64,000 nucleotides of DNA from an uncultured Pseudomonadales bacterium (GCA_964630755.1 CAZVYS010000001.1:25893-89892); one strand, 5' to 3'; shown: positions 51,377 through 61,398, numbered from the stretch's first letter. The notes: generated from the letters alone by a model not told the origin. A program made the numbers and translations.

Positions 51377-52274
51377 CCTTTTCTTTTAGCTTATCAAGAA
51401 TAATGTCAATTGACTTTCCGCCTAGATTTTTTACTTTAGAGATGTCAGCTTTTGAAGCAACGCTTAAGTCTTTGACTGTTGCGTAGCCGCCTTTTCTAAG
51501 GGCGTTAGCTATCCTGGTAGGAAGATCAAGTTCTTCAACTGAAAGCTTTAATGACTCATTTTCTTCTAGTTCGTCAACTTTCTCTTCAGCTTCTGGTTCA
51601 AAAGTTGGGTCGATTACTTGTGTAAACGAATCAATTAAGATTTTAGCTGCCTTTTCTAGGGCCTTTTGAGGCTTAATGGTACCATCTGTAAAAATCTCAA
51701 TAATTAGTTTATCTAGTTCAGTGCGTCGACCAACACGAGCTGACTCTACCTTGTAGTTGACTCGAACTACTGGAGAAAAAGTGGCATCTAGAATAATTTG
51801 GCCAAGTTTTTTAGCAGATCGGTTTTTGGCTGATAAATATCCATAACCTTGACTAACTTCTAGTTTAACATCTAACTTTGATTTTTTATTAGCTAAGGTT
51901 GCTAATACTAAGTCTTTATTAACTACCTTGACATTGGCGGGGACTTTTAGATCAGAAGCCTTGACTTTTTTAGGACCAGTGGCGTTTAAACTAATCTTAA
52001 CAGGCTCTTCACCAGTGTAACTTAAACGAACTTGTTTAAGATTTAAAAGAAGCTCGACAACATCTTCTTTCATGCCTTGTAGTGTCGTAAACTGATGAGT
52101 AACGCCACCAATGGTAGCGCTGGTTATAGCTGCACCTGGCAAACTGGCTAATAATACTCTTCTTAGAGAATTGCCGATTGTTAAACCGTATCCTGGTTCT
52201 AATGGAGAAAGTTCAAATTTCCCATAGTCTTTTGTTTCGGCAAGGCAGGCGGTTTTAAAATTATTTTTTATCAT
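51360..52274 (-). CDS. rpoA: DNA-directed RNA polymerase subunit alpha
   Basis: N-terminal domain LEPGYGLTIGNSLRRVLLASLPGAAIT and a C-terminal alpha-CTD. Confidence 0.9.
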   Translation of the reverse strand: MIKNNFKTACLAETKDYGKFELSPLEPGYGLTIGNSLRRVLLASLPGAAITSATIGGVTHQFTTLQGMKEDVVELLLNLKQVRLSYTGEEPVKISLNATGPKKVKASDLKVPANVKVVNKDLVLATLANKKSKLDVKLEVSQGYGYLSAKNRSAKKLGQIILDATFSPVVRVNYKVESARVGRRTELDKLIIEIFTDGTIKPQKALEKAAKILIDSFTQVIDPTFEPEAEEKVDELEENESLKLSVEELDLPTRIANALRKGGYATVKDLSVASKADISKVKNLGGKSIDIILDKLKEKDVIVK

Positions 52275-52315
52275 ATATTACCTTTCTTTCTGACTATTAA
52301 TCAGAGTAAATTAGG

Positions 52316-52924
52316 TTAACGTGAGTAAAACTCAACAATTAATTGTTCTTGAATGTTAATGTCGATTTCATCGCGATCTGGCAAGCGTTCATATTTACTA
52401 GCTACTGCTTTCCTTTTTAAATATTTTGGAGTATGAACGTCTTTTTTTTGAAGAAGCTCAGCTATTTTTAGATTTTTAACTATCTTTTCGGATAAACTAA
52501 TTACTTGACCAGGTTTAACCAAGTATGAAGGGATAGTTAGTTTTTTGCCATCTACCTTAATGTGTCCATGAGTAACCATTTGACGAGCAGCTGGTCTTGT
52601 TTGAGCAAAACCTGATCTGAAAATTAAATTATCAAGGCGAGATTCTAGTAATTGAAGTAGTTTAGTGCCAGTGGCTGCTTTTTCTAATCTCGCAGTGTCA
52701 TAGTAACGACGAAATTGTTTTTCTAGTACTCCGTAAGTTGCTTTTAGCTTTTGTTTTTCTTTGAGTTGAAGGCCATAGTCTGATAATCGACGCTGTCTTT
52801 TCTTGCCATGGGCGCCAGGAGGATAAGGTTTTCGAGCTAAAACTTTGTCTAGTTGTTTAGACCCAAAAATATTTTCATTGAAACGCCTAACTAGCTTGCC
52901 TTTGGGAGATGTTGGTCTTGCCAT
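52316..52924 (-). CDS. rpsD: 30S ribosomal protein S4
   Basis: MARPTSPKGKLVRRF start and an S4 domain. Confidence 0.9.
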   Translation of the reverse strand: MARPTSPKGKLVRRFNENIFGSKQLDKVLARKPYPPGAHGKKRQRRLSDYGLQLKEKQKLKATYGVLEKQFRRYYDTARLEKAATGTKLLQLLESRLDNLIFRSGFAQTRPAARQMVTHGHIKVDGKKLTIPSYLVKPGQVISLSEKIVKNLKIAELLQKKDVHTPKYLKRKAVASKYERLPDRDEIDINIQEQLIVEFYSR

Positions 52925-52927
52925 AAA

Positions 52928-53341
52928 TTAACCTCTGCGTCTCTTTTTTGGCCGACAACCATTATGGGGCATTGGAGTAATGTCGGCTATTTGAGTAATT
53001 TTTAATCCACTACTTCTAATAACTCCAAGGGCAGCATCACGCCCTGAACCGGGACCTTTAATATAAACTTCAGCTTGAGACAAACCTTTTTCCTTTGCTT
53101 TCTTGATGACGGCATCAATAGCAGTCGTGGCTGCAAAAGGAGTTGATTTACGAGAACCCTTGAAGCCTGAAGCTCCAGTTGATCCCCACACAATAACATC
53201 TCCTTGATTATTTGTAATAGATACTAAAGTATTATTAAAAGTGGCAGTAATAAAGATCTTGCCATTACTGAGACTTGCTTTTTGAGGTTGAACTTTAGTT
53301 GGTTTAGCTTTTGAATTAGTCATGTTATTTTTTAGATGCAT
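52928..53341 (-). CDS. rpsK: 30S ribosomal protein S11
   Basis: IFITATFNNTLVSITNNQGDV... and the C-terminal ...PHNGCRPKKRRR. The likelier start is MTNSK (about 53323). Confidence 0.9.
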   Translation of the reverse strand: MHLKNNMTNSKAKPTKVQPQKASLSNGKIFITATFNNTLVSITNNQGDVIVWGSTGASGFKGSRKSTPFAATTAIDAVIKKAKEKGLSQAEVYIKGPGSGRDAALGVIRSSGLKITQIADITPMPHNGCRPKKRRRG

Positions 53342-53726
53342 CTGCTATTTTTTGAGCATCTTCTTTTTTAAGAGCACCAACAGTCATACGCTTGCCTCGT
53401 TTAGTACGAGCATTGTGCCGAGTACGTTGGCCTCTACTTGGTAACTTGGCAGTATGACGTATACCTCTGTATGTCCCGATCTGCTTAAGCCTTTTAATAT
53501 TCTCAGTAATAATTTTTCTTAATGGACCCTCTGTAGGAATAGTGTCAATGGCTTTTTGAAGTCTCATAATTTCATCTGAACTTAGATCTTTAGCTCGTTT
53601 GTTACTGTCAACATTAGCAAGCTTCAAAATCTTTGAAACATTTTGACGACCAATACCGAAAATGTAGGTAAGGGCAATCTCGGTTCGTTTATGTGGAGGA
53701 ATATCGATTCCAGAAATTCTTGGCAT
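53325..53726 (-). CDS. rpsM: 30S ribosomal protein S13
   Basis: MPRISGIDIPPHKRTEIALTYIFGIGR. Confidence 0.9.
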   Translation of the reverse strand: MPRISGIDIPPHKRTEIALTYIFGIGRQNVSKILKLANVDSNKRAKDLSSDEIMRLQKAIDTIPTEGPLRKIITENIKRLKQIGTYRGIRHTAKLPSRGQRTRHNARTKRGKRMTVGALKKEDAQKIADASKK

Positions 53727-53753
53727 AGAAAATTTAACCTTGTCGCTGTTTGT

Positions 53754-53847
53754 GGCGAGGGTTTGTGCAAATTACATAAACCCGACCTTTTCGGCGGACT
53801 ATTTTACATTTTAGGCAGCGTTTTTTAACTGAGGCTTGTACCTTCAT
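53754..53847 (-). CDS. rpmJ: 50S ribosomal protein L36
   Basis: Missed by the ORF track as too short. The minus strand translates to [37 protein letters not shown], with the L36 Cys/His zinc ribbon. Confidence 0.85.
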
Positions 53848-53908
53848 AGACAGAAAAAATCAAGGAGCTAGTTAATAACTATCTCCTTTTTTTATATTTC
53901 AAATTTTA

Positions 53909-54130
53909 TTATTTTAGCCGGTAAGTTATCCGACCCTTAGTTTTGTCGTAAGGAGTCTGTTCAATCTTAACTTGATCACCAGGTAAAACTCGAATACGAT
54001 ACATGCGCATTTTGCCAGCAAGGTGACAAAGGATGGTTTTATCTGAATTGTTAAGCTTAACTTTAAAGGTAGCGTTAGGAAGAGCTTCCTCTACAACCCC
54101 TTCGACTTGAACTACATCGTTAGTAGACAT
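53909..54130 (-). CDS. infA: translation initiation factor IF-1
   Basis: [20 protein letters not shown]...[30 protein letters not shown]. Confidence 0.9.
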   Translation of the reverse strand: MSTNDVVQVEGVVEEALPNATFKVKLNNSDKTILCHLAGKMRMYRIRVLPGDQVKIEQTPYDKTKGRITYRLK

Positions 54131-54152
54131 TGATTAAGATATTATACCAAAA

Positions 54153-54917
54153 TTACTCAGTTAATGCCACTGGCCCGTTTTTAGTAATGGCGACAGTGTG
54201 TTCAAACATAGCTGCGTCTTTTTGGTCTTTTGTAATAATGGTCCAGTTATCTTTAGGGTCAGTTATGGTTTTATGATTACCAGCCATGTAAATAGCTTCA
54301 ATAGCAATAACTAAGCCTGGTTCTATTATTGGTGTTTGAGTAATTGGTTTGTCTATAAAGCAGGGAATGGCTGGAGATTCGTGAAGATTCTTTCCTAAAC
54401 CATGACCAGTTAGATTACGGGCAACGTTATAGCCATATTTTTCAATTGAAATTTGCATTGCTTGAGAAATATGACCAATTCGGTTGCCGGGCTTAGCTTG
54501 ACTAATAGCTTGTTTAAGAGCCTTTTGGCCAGCAATTAGTAGTTTTTGTTTTTTGGGATACTTGTCTTCTTGGCCAGCAATGAAACTAACTGCTGAATCT
54601 GTGTGAAAACCTTTAAAATACAGGCCAATATCTATAGTAACTATGTCTCCTTGTTTAATGACTTTTTTATCAGGTACTCCATGAACTAAACCGTGATTAA
54701 GATTGATACAGGTAGCCCAGCTGTAACCTGGAACAAGGGAAAAACTAGGTTGACCACCGGACTCACTAATCAAGCTTAAGGCTTTTCCTTCGATTAAGTT
54801 AAGTTTAACTCCAGGCTTAGCCATGGACTTTAAGTAGTTTCGAATATGTTTTAGTTTTTGGCCACCAACTTTCATGATGGCAATTTCTGAAGCAGACTTA
54901 AGATTAATTTGGGTCAT
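54153..54917 (-). CDS. map: methionine aminopeptidase, type I
   Basis: Pita-bread fold metal ligands (D...D...H...E...E pattern; GHGLGKNLHESP). Confidence 0.85.
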   Translation of the reverse strand: MTQINLKSASEIAIMKVGGQKLKHIRNYLKSMAKPGVKLNLIEGKALSLISESGGQPSFSLVPGYSWATCINLNHGLVHGVPDKKVIKQGDIVTIDIGLYFKGFHTDSAVSFIAGQEDKYPKKQKLLIAGQKALKQAISQAKPGNRIGHISQAMQISIEKYGYNVARNLTGHGLGKNLHESPAIPCFIDKPITQTPIIEPGLVIAIEAIYMAGNHKTITDPKDNWTIITKDQKDAAMFEHTVAITKNGPVALTE

Positions 54918-55483
54918 TTTTTCAAAAGCTTAATTTCTGCTAAAACTTGGTCAAGTTCATGGTGTAAATGTTCTTGAGTTTGATGGTTTATAATTAAAAA
55001 ATCGCTAATTGCAATTGGCCCACCTTTGTGAGAATAAACAATTTCTCTAATATCTCGTTTCCTGGCTTCGTCTCTTGATAGTGGACGAATGGATCTATTA
55101 GCCAGTCTTTGGTAACGAATATTAGGTTTAGCAAAAATACAGACAAGAAAAAAATTATTGTATTTATTAAAAAGATATTCATATTCCTCCCAGGAATAAA
55201 GACCATCGAGAATAACAACTGAAGATTTTTTTAAGGCTTTGTCAATTCGTGGTTTGATTTTTTTTGCATAAGCAGCCATGCCTAGTTTTTTTCTTAGATT
55301 TTCACGATATTGACTCTCGTTTTTTTCAGTTAAGGGTAGCCCAAGATTCTTTAATCCAAGATCTGTTTGATCGCCAAATCTTAAAACTGGAAAACCTTTT
55401 AAAGAAAAATGCTCACTAGCTACAGATTTTCCAGAACCAGCCATGCCAACTAAAGCAATAATAGAGGTTGGTTTATGATCCAT
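54914..55483 (-). CDS. P-loop nucleoside/nucleotide kinase-like protein inserted between adk and map (CoaE- or archaeal Cmk-like)
   Basis: Walker A IALVGMAGSGKSVA, a lid-like region and a DxxxR pattern. About 189 aa; overlaps map by 4 nt. Confidence 0.4.
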   Translation of the reverse strand: MDHKPTSIIALVGMAGSGKSVASEHFSLKGFPVLRFGDQTDLGLKNLGLPLTEKNESQYRENLRKKLGMAAYAKKIKPRIDKALKKSSVVILDGLYSWEEYEYLFNKYNNFFLVCIFAKPNIRYQRLANRSIRPLSRDEARKRDIREIVYSHKGGPIAISDFLIINHQTQEHLHHELDQVLAEIKLLKK

Positions 55484-56051
55484 TATTTATGGCCTTATAA
55501 ATGTCTTGATGAATGCTATCAATCGTTTGCTCGCCGTTAATTTTAGTTAATAATAATTTTTCTTGAAAATAAGCTAATACATCGGCTTCTTGCTTTTGAT
55601 AAATACGAAGACGTGACTGAATTTTTTCATCTGAGTCATGTAAGGTGCCATCTGGGCTTAATCGCTTTCTTTTCTTTAGTCTTTTGACAGATTCAATCTC
55701 TGATACGTCTAGATAAAAAACATAGTCAATTTTCTTGCCATATTTATCAAGTTTTTCGGTTAAAAATAAAGCTTGAGTGTGGTTCCTTGGAAAACCATCG
55801 ATAACAAAACCAGATTCAACATCTGGTTCTTTTAAGCGAACTTTCCATAAAACAAACATTTCTGAGTCGGCAACGTAATGACCTTTATCTAAAGCTTCGC
55901 GACAAATATCTCCCATAATGCCCTGGTCTTTTTTGGCATAAAATCTGACTAAGTTGCCTGAATTTAAAAAAGGGAGCTTAAGTTTTTCGGCCAACATTTT
56001 TCCCTGAGTGGATTTTCCAGATCCTTCTGGCCCGTAAAGAACAATAAACAT
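55473..56051 (-). CDS. adk: adenylate kinase (short form)
   Basis: MFIVLYGPEGSGKSTQ P-loop plus NMP-binding and LID remnants. Position after secY. Confidence 0.8.
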   Translation of the reverse strand: MFIVLYGPEGSGKSTQGKMLAEKLKLPFLNSGNLVRFYAKKDQGIMGDICREALDKGHYVADSEMFVLWKVRLKEPDVESGFVIDGFPRNHTQALFLTEKLDKYGKKIDYVFYLDVSEIESVKRLKKRKRLSPDGTLHDSDEKIQSRLRIYQKQEADVLAYFQEKLLLTKINGEQTIDSIHQDIYKAINNGS

Positions 56052-56103
56052 AATACTATTGTAAAGGTTACTGACTAATCTTTAAAGTTTCTTCACCTTA
56101 AAT

Positions 56104-57387
56104 TTATTTAATAAAACTGTCATAGTTTCTCATAATCAATTGAGCTTCTAATCCTTTGCTGACTTCTAGAATAACTGAAACGACGATTAAAATTCCTGTG
56201 CCACCAATAGTTAAGGTGGTAATGCCAGTAGCTAATCTAGCTAGTGAAGGCAAGATAGCAATTAAGCCTAAAAAGAGGGCGCCAGCCAAAGTAATACGAT
56301 TAAGCACGTAAGATAAGTAATCGGCAGTGGGTTTTCCAGGTCGAATACCAGGAATAAAGCCGCCATATTTTTTAATATCTTGTGAAATTTTATCTGGATT
56401 AAAAGTAACAGCAGTATAAAAATAAGTAAAGCCAAGAACTAAGAAAAAATAAATAAAGTGATAAGGGGGTTGATTGGGATCAAAAATATTGACTAATTTT
56501 GAGGCAAAAGAAACAATCCTTGGATTATTCAGCTGCATTAACCAACGACCGACAACAGAAGGCATGATTACTAAAGAAACAGCAAAAATAATAGGAATTA
56601 CGCCAGCCTGATTAACTCTTAACGGTAGATGAGTTGACTGACCACCAGAAACAGATTGGCCTCGAACGCGCCTGGCATAGCGAACAGTGATTTGACGAGT
56701 GGCTTCGTTAACATAAACAATACCAGCAATAACAAACAAGCTAAGAATTAAGAAAGTTAAGATGCTGGTGAAATTTAAAGTTTGACTGATTGAGCTAGTT
56801 TGCAACAAAGAAATAGGAAGCCTACCAACAATGCCAGCAAAGATTAAAAGAGAAATTCCGTTACCAATTCCGTATTCTGTTAATAATTCACCAAACCACA
56901 TTAAAAGAATTGTTCCCGCCACCATGGTGGCTACTATACTTATGATGGTGAAAGGATTAGTGAAGCTAATGATTTGTTGAGTTCGTAATAAAGTTATCAT
57001 GCCAATCGATTGAACTGTGGCTAAAGGAACAGCCAAAATACGTGTCCACTGGTTAAGTTTTTCTCGACCAATTTGACCTTCTTTTTGCATTTCTTCAAGT
57101 TTAGGGAAAATAATCGTTAAGAGTTGAAAAACAATTGAGGCGTTAATGTAAGGGGTTAATCCTAGGGCCATGATAGAAAAATTAGCTAAGGTGCCACCAG
57201 AAAAAATATCTAGTAAGCCTAAAAGTTGGTTTGAACCGAAAAGTTGTTTTAAAGCATTTAAGTCAACGCCTGGAACGGGAATATGAGCGATAAATCTAAA
57301 AATTACAAAAATGGCTAAAGTAATAAGAAACTTTTTTCGTAAGTCTTTGATCTTAAAAACATTGATTGCTGATTGAAGCAGTTTCAT
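56104..57387 (-). CDS. secY: preprotein translocase subunit SecY
   Basis: Ten transmembrane helices; conserved SecY motifs; position after rplO. Confidence 0.9.
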   Translation of the reverse strand: MKLLQSAINVFKIKDLRKKFLITLAIFVIFRFIAHIPVPGVDLNALKQLFGSNQLLGLLDIFSGGTLANFSIMALGLTPYINASIVFQLLTIIFPKLEEMQKEGQIGREKLNQWTRILAVPLATVQSIGMITLLRTQQIISFTNPFTIISIVATMVAGTILLMWFGELLTEYGIGNGISLLIFAGIVGRLPISLLQTSSISQTLNFTSILTFLILSLFVIAGIVYVNEATRQITVRYARRVRGQSVSGGQSTHLPLRVNQAGVIPIIFAVSLVIMPSVVGRWLMQLNNPRIVSFASKLVNIFDPNQPPYHFIYFFLVLGFTYFYTAVTFNPDKISQDIKKYGGFIPGIRPGKPTADYLSYVLNRITLAGALFLGLIAILPSLARLATGITTLTIGGTGILIVVSVILEVSKGLEAQLIMRNYDSFIK

Positions 57388-57894
57388 TTATTTTTTAGCT
57401 GGCTTGTCTCTTTTGGCAGGAGTTTTTTTGACTGGTTTTTTAGTTGGTGGTAGAGCCACTTTTCCGCCGGCTTTTTTTATTTTAGCTGCTGCTGATTTAC
57501 TGGTAGGCAAAGCTACTTTAACAGGATGTTTTAGTTCGCCGTCACCTAAGATTTTAACCGGGTGATTTTCTGCTTCTTTGGGAAGCAAGTTGTGTTTAAT
57601 TAAAATTTTATGATCAACTGTAGAGTTTTTAGGAAGCAGATTTAAGTGCTTTAGATTTAAGATAATCGGTTTAGCTTTATAAGATTTATTTTTTAATTTT
57701 CCTCTTAGCATTGGCATTCTTCTAATTAAAGATTTACGCATTGGAGTTCCTTCAAAATAAAGTTTAACTTTGCTTCTAGCTTTTTGCCCTTTTGCCCCTC
57801 GACCACTTGTGTGACCACCTTTGCCTGAACTATATCCACGACCAACTCGTTTTTTTGACTTGGTAGTTGTTTTTGTTTGTTTTGATAAAACCAT
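57388..57894 (-). CDS. rplO: 50S ribosomal protein L15 with a Lys/Ala/Pro-rich C-terminal extension
   Basis: KRVGRGYSSGKGGHTSGRGAKGQKARS core plus an approximately 35-aa tail (...AAAKIKKAGGKVALPPTKKPVKKTPAKRDKPAKK). Confidence 0.85.
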   Translation of the reverse strand: MVLSKQTKTTTKSKKRVGRGYSSGKGGHTSGRGAKGQKARSKVKLYFEGTPMRKSLIRRMPMLRGKLKNKSYKAKPIILNLKHLNLLPKNSTVDHKILIKHNLLPKEAENHPVKILGDGELKHPVKVALPTSKSAAAKIKKAGGKVALPPTKKPVKKTPAKRDKPAKK

Positions 57895-57902
57895 AACTCT
57901 CC

Positions 57903-58364
57903 TTAATCTGATTTAAGTTGTTTTAAAGCTCTGATAGTACAGTATACGTTTGAAGCTTGATTTTTGGTACCCAATACCTTACTTGAGACATCTTTTATTC
58001 CAGCGGCTTCCATCACGGCTCGAACAGCTCCACCGGCAATCACTCCAGATCCAACTGGAGCTGGCTTTAGTAAAACTTTGGCTGCACCAAACTTTACTTT
58101 GATATCGTGAGGAATAGTTGTGTTTTTCATGGGAACGCGAAACATGTTTTTTTTAGCTCTTCTAACACCTTTTTTAATAGAAGATAAAACATCTGGTGCT
58201 TTTCCTAAACCAACACCAACTTTGCCTTTCTTGTCCCCAACTACCATTAAGACAGAAAAGCCAATCTGATTGCCACCTTTGGTTTTTTTACTAACCCGAT
58301 TAACCTGAATGACTTTTTCATCAAATTCTTTTTCTCTTCGCGGATCTCTTGATCTATTATTCAT
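57903..58364 (-). CDS. rpsE: 30S ribosomal protein S5
   Basis: S5 dsRBD and C-terminal domain. Abuts rplO directly, with no L30 gene between. Confidence 0.9.
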   Translation of the reverse strand: MNNRSRDPRREKEFDEKVIQVNRVSKKTKGGNQIGFSVLMVVGDKKGKVGVGLGKAPDVLSSIKKGVRRAKKNMFRVPMKNTTIPHDIKVKFGAAKVLLKPAPVGSGVIAGGAVRAVMEAAGIKDVSSKVLGTKNQASNVYCTIRALKQLKSD

Positions 58365-58365
58365 A

Positions 58366-58716
58366 TTAAAACTTTAGGCCTACCTTTCTTGAGGCTTCGG
58401 CCAAAGCTTTAACTCGGCCATGATATTTATAAGGTCCACGATCAAAAACAACTTTGGTGATTTTTTTGAGCTTGGCGGCTTTAGCTATGTTTTCACCAAC
58501 CAATTTTGCAGTATCAAGTTTATTCTTGCCTTTAGTCTTTAATTTAAGACTAGAAAATGATGCCAAGGTAATTTGCTTTTGATCGTTGATTATTTGGGCA
58601 GAGATTTGTTTTGTAGATCGATACACAGATAATCTAGGTCGCTCTGATGTGCCTTTGATGACTGAGCGAACTCTAGCTTTTCTTTTGGCTGACTTTGATG
58701 AGTATTGATTAATCAT
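58366..58716 (-). CDS. rplR: 50S ribosomal protein L18
   Basis: Conserved L18 family pattern and operon position. Confidence 0.85.
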   Translation of the reverse strand: MINQYSSKSAKRKARVRSVIKGTSERPRLSVYRSTKQISAQIINDQKQITLASFSSLKLKTKGKNKLDTAKLVGENIAKAAKLKKITKVVFDRGPYKYHGRVKALAEASRKVGLKF

Positions 58717-58717
58717 A

Positions 58718-59269
58718 CTAAGCTCCTTCGGCAGCTTTGGCAGCCTTTCCTGGTTTAAGCTTCACTTCTTCGCCTTGATATCTGACTCCTTTACCTTTGT
58801 AAGAATCTGGTGGCTTAGATTGTCTGATTTTCGCAGCAACTTCTCCAACTAATTGTTTGTCTACTCCAGAAATAACAATGGTTGTTTGGTTGGTGACTTC
58901 AAGCTTAATTCCTTCAGGCGGATCAAAAACAACAGGGTGAGAAAATCCTAAAGTCATTTCGATTCCCTGGCCTTTTGCAGAAACTCTGAAACCAGTGCCG
59001 TGTAGTTCTAGGGTTTTTTGATAGCCTTGAGTTACTCCTATGATCATGTTTTGAATTAAACTTCTTATTAAGCCATGGAAAGCTTTTGTTTGACGTTGGT
59101 TATCAGTAACAGTAACAAATACCTGGCTATCTTTTACTTCTAACTTCAGACCTTTTGGTATATCTTGAGATAATTGTTGATTGTCTTTTTTAACAATTAT
59201 CTTATTGTCAGTCTTGGTAACTGTAACATTATCTGGAATAGTGATCGGTTTTTTTCCAATTCTAGACAT
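58718..59269 (-). CDS. rplF: 50S ribosomal protein L6
   Basis: [17 protein letters not shown] start and a duplicated L6 domain. Confidence 0.9.
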   Translation of the reverse strand: MSRIGKKPITIPDNVTVTKTDNKIIVKKDNQQLSQDIPKGLKLEVKDSQVFVTVTDNQRQTKAFHGLIRSLIQNMIIGVTQGYQKTLELHGTGFRVSAKGQGIEMTLGFSHPVVFDPPEGIKLEVTNQTTIVISGVDKQLVGEVAAKIRQSKPPDSYKGKGVRYQGEEVKLKPGKAAKAAEGA

Positions 59270-59270
59270 A

Positions 59271-59663
59271 TTAGGTTATTTTTAGGATTAGTTCTCCGCC
59301 TAATTTTTGATTAAAAGCGTCTTTGCCTGTCATTAAGCCTTTGGAGGTCGATAAAATTAAAATCCCTCGACCACGCATTAGTTTTGGGAGTTGATTTAGA
59401 TTAGCATAAACTCTGACACCAGGTTTACTGATTCTATCAATGGTAGTGATAGCAGGAACATTTTTTTTATATTTTAAAGCAATTTCTAAGATAAAATGTG
59501 GCTTTTTGCCTGTTTTTTGATAATCTTTTAAGTAGTTGTTTTTAATGATTAACTTAACAATGGCCTCTTTGGTAACTGAATAAGGAACAGAAACATTTTT
59601 ATGCTTGGCGGCGATTGCGTTACGGATTCTGGTAAGTAAATCTGCGATAGGATCAGTAGTCAT
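59271..59663 (-). CDS. rpsH: 30S ribosomal protein S8
   Basis: MTTDPIADLLTRIRNA start. Confidence 0.9.
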   Translation of the reverse strand: MTTDPIADLLTRIRNAIAAKHKNVSVPYSVTKEAIVKLIIKNNYLKDYQKTGKKPHFILEIALKYKKNVPAITTIDRISKPGVRVYANLNQLPKLMRGRGILILSTSKGLMTGKDAFNQKLGGELILKIT

Positions 59664-59670
59664 AATAAAC

Positions 59671-59856
59671 TCACCAGCTTGCCTTGGTGACTCCAGGTAA
59701 TTCGCCCTTATGAGCTAATTTTCTAAAACACATACGACATAAGCCAAAATGCCTCATATATGATCGAGGTCGACCACACAATTGGCAACGATTTTTTATT
59801 CTAGATGAAAATTTAGGTTTTCTCAATTTTCTTGCAAAATATTTTACTTTAGCCAT
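59671..59856 (-). CDS. rpsZ: 30S ribosomal protein S14 type Z (zinc-binding)
   Basis: A 61-aa protein with [22 protein letters not shown] (a C-x2-C...C-x2-C ribbon). Confidence 0.9.
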   Translation of the reverse strand: MAKVKYFARKLRKPKFSSRIKNRCQLCGRPRSYMRHFGLCRMCFRKLAHKGELPGVTKASW

Positions 59857-59880
59857 ATTGTAAGGTAAAGGTTACGAACA

Positions 59881-60447
59881 TTACGGGAAGTTACGTAACC
59901 TTTCGTTATTTTTAGTAAACGGCATGCCTAATAACTCAAGTAGCCTTAAAGCTTTCTGGTTATTACTAGTATTAGTAACAATAGTAACTTCAAGACCACG
60001 AACAGCGTCGATTGTATCATAATCAACCTCATGAAAGACAATTTGTTCTTTAAATCCGATTGAATAATTACCACGACCGTCAAAAGAGTTTTTTGAAATC
60101 CCTTGAAAATCTCGAACACGAGGAAAAACAATAGAGATAAGTTTATCTAAAAAAGCATACATTCGCTCGCCTCTTAAAGTGGCTTTGGCACCAATGGGGT
60201 CATTTTTCCGAGTTTTAAAAGCGGCTTCAGCAATTCTGGCTTTAGTGATAACGGCTTTTTGACCGGCAATTAAACTTAGCCAATCGCTTACTTTTTTAGC
60301 TACTCCTTTGTCGCCAGCGCCATCTTTAAGACCTAAGTTGATAACAATTTTCGTAATTCTAGGCACGGCTAGAGCTTGCTTTACATTTAATTCTTTTTTT
60401 AAAGCTGGAATGATTTCTTTTTGGTATTTTTGTTTTAGTCTGTTCAT
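59881..60447 (-). CDS. rplE: 50S ribosomal protein L5
   Basis: MNRLKQKYQKEIIPALKKEL start and the L5 fold. Confidence 0.9.
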   Translation of the reverse strand: MNRLKQKYQKEIIPALKKELNVKQALAVPRITKIVINLGLKDGAGDKGVAKKVSDWLSLIAGQKAVITKARIAEAAFKTRKNDPIGAKATLRGERMYAFLDKLISIVFPRVRDFQGISKNSFDGRGNYSIGFKEQIVFHEVDYDTIDAVRGLEVTIVTNTSNNQKALRLLELLGMPFTKNNERLRNFP

Positions 60448-60455
60448 AGATATGG

Positions 60456-60791
60456 TTATTTCTTCTTCTTTGTACTAGCTGAAGTGTCGATTGGTTTTTG
60501 ACATTTTTTGCAGATTCTAACCTTTTTCTTGGCTTGACCCTCAAATCCAATGCGAGTAGGCTCCTTACATTGAGGGCAGACTAAGGAAACTTTACTGATG
60601 TTTAAGGGTTTGGTGATATCAATAATGCCGCCGGGTTTATTTTGATCCTGGGCTTTAACATGCTTTTTGTACTGATTAACGCCAGCAACAATGACAGAGT
60701 TTGATTTTGGGATTATTTTTTCGATTTTGCCAGTTCGACCTCGATCTTTACCAGTGATTACTTTGATAGTGTCATTAACTCTAAGCTTCAT
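60456..60791 (-). CDS. rplX: 50S ribosomal protein L24 with a Cys4 zinc-ribbon-like C-terminal region
   Basis: KOW motif (VITGKDRGRTGKI) and a C-terminal CPQCKEPTRIGFEGQAKKKVRICKKCQ. Confidence 0.85.
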   Translation of the reverse strand: MKLRVNDTIKVITGKDRGRTGKIEKIIPKSNSVIVAGVNQYKKHVKAQDQNKPGGIIDITKPLNISKVSLVCPQCKEPTRIGFEGQAKKKVRICKKCQKPIDTSASTKKKK

Positions 60792-60794
60792 AAA

Positions 60795-61169
60795 TTATAG
60801 TACCTCCGGAGCCTGAGAGGCCAAAGCATTATATCCCAAGGCTTTAATTTCTCTAGCAATGGGGCCAAAAACACGAGTGCCTTTTGGCTCTTTGTTTTTA
60901 ACGTTTTCTAGAATGACTGCGGCATTGTCGTCGAAGCGAACATATGAGCCGTCTTTTCTACGATGTTCTTTTCTCGTTCTAACAATAACAGCCTTAACCA
61001 TCTCGCCTGATTTTACTGCAGCGTGAGGGTTGCTTTGAATAACTGAAGCGGTGACTAGATCACCAATACGACCAAAGCGTCGTTTAGAACCACCATGGAC
61101 TAATATAACTCGAAGCTTCTTGCCTCCAGAGTTATCAGCGACCTTGAGTGTTGATCTTAGTTGAATCAT
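60795..61169 (-). CDS. rplN: 50S ribosomal protein L14
   Basis: MIQLRSTLKVADNSGGKKL start. Confidence 0.9.
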   Translation of the reverse strand: MIQLRSTLKVADNSGGKKLRVILVHGGSKRRFGRIGDLVTASVIQSNPHAAVKSGEMVKAVIVRTRKEHRRKDGSYVRFDDNAAVILENVKNKEPKGTRVFGPIAREIKALGYNALASQAPEVL

Positions 61170-61390
61170 TTACCCACGACCTCCCAGCGTTTTTTCTTAC
61201 TGACTGGCTTGCATTCTTGAATAATTACTTTGTCACCTGCTTCGAGCTTTATTTTAGGATTATGGCATAAATAATTTTTTCTTTTAGTAATAGTTTTTTT
61301 ATACATTGGATGAGTCCAGCGACGGACTACTTGCACTTTGGCAGTTTTGTTCATTTTGGTGTTTATAACTACACCGGTTAGTTGTTTCAT
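61166..61390 (-). CDS. rpsQ: 30S ribosomal protein S17
   Basis: OB-fold S17 pattern (GVVINTKMNKTAKVQVVRR). Confidence 0.85.
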   Translation of the reverse strand: MKQLTGVVINTKMNKTAKVQVVRRWTHPMYKKTITKRKNYLCHNPKIKLEAGDKVIIQECKPVSKKKRWEVVGK

Positions 61391-61398
61391 AATATCCT

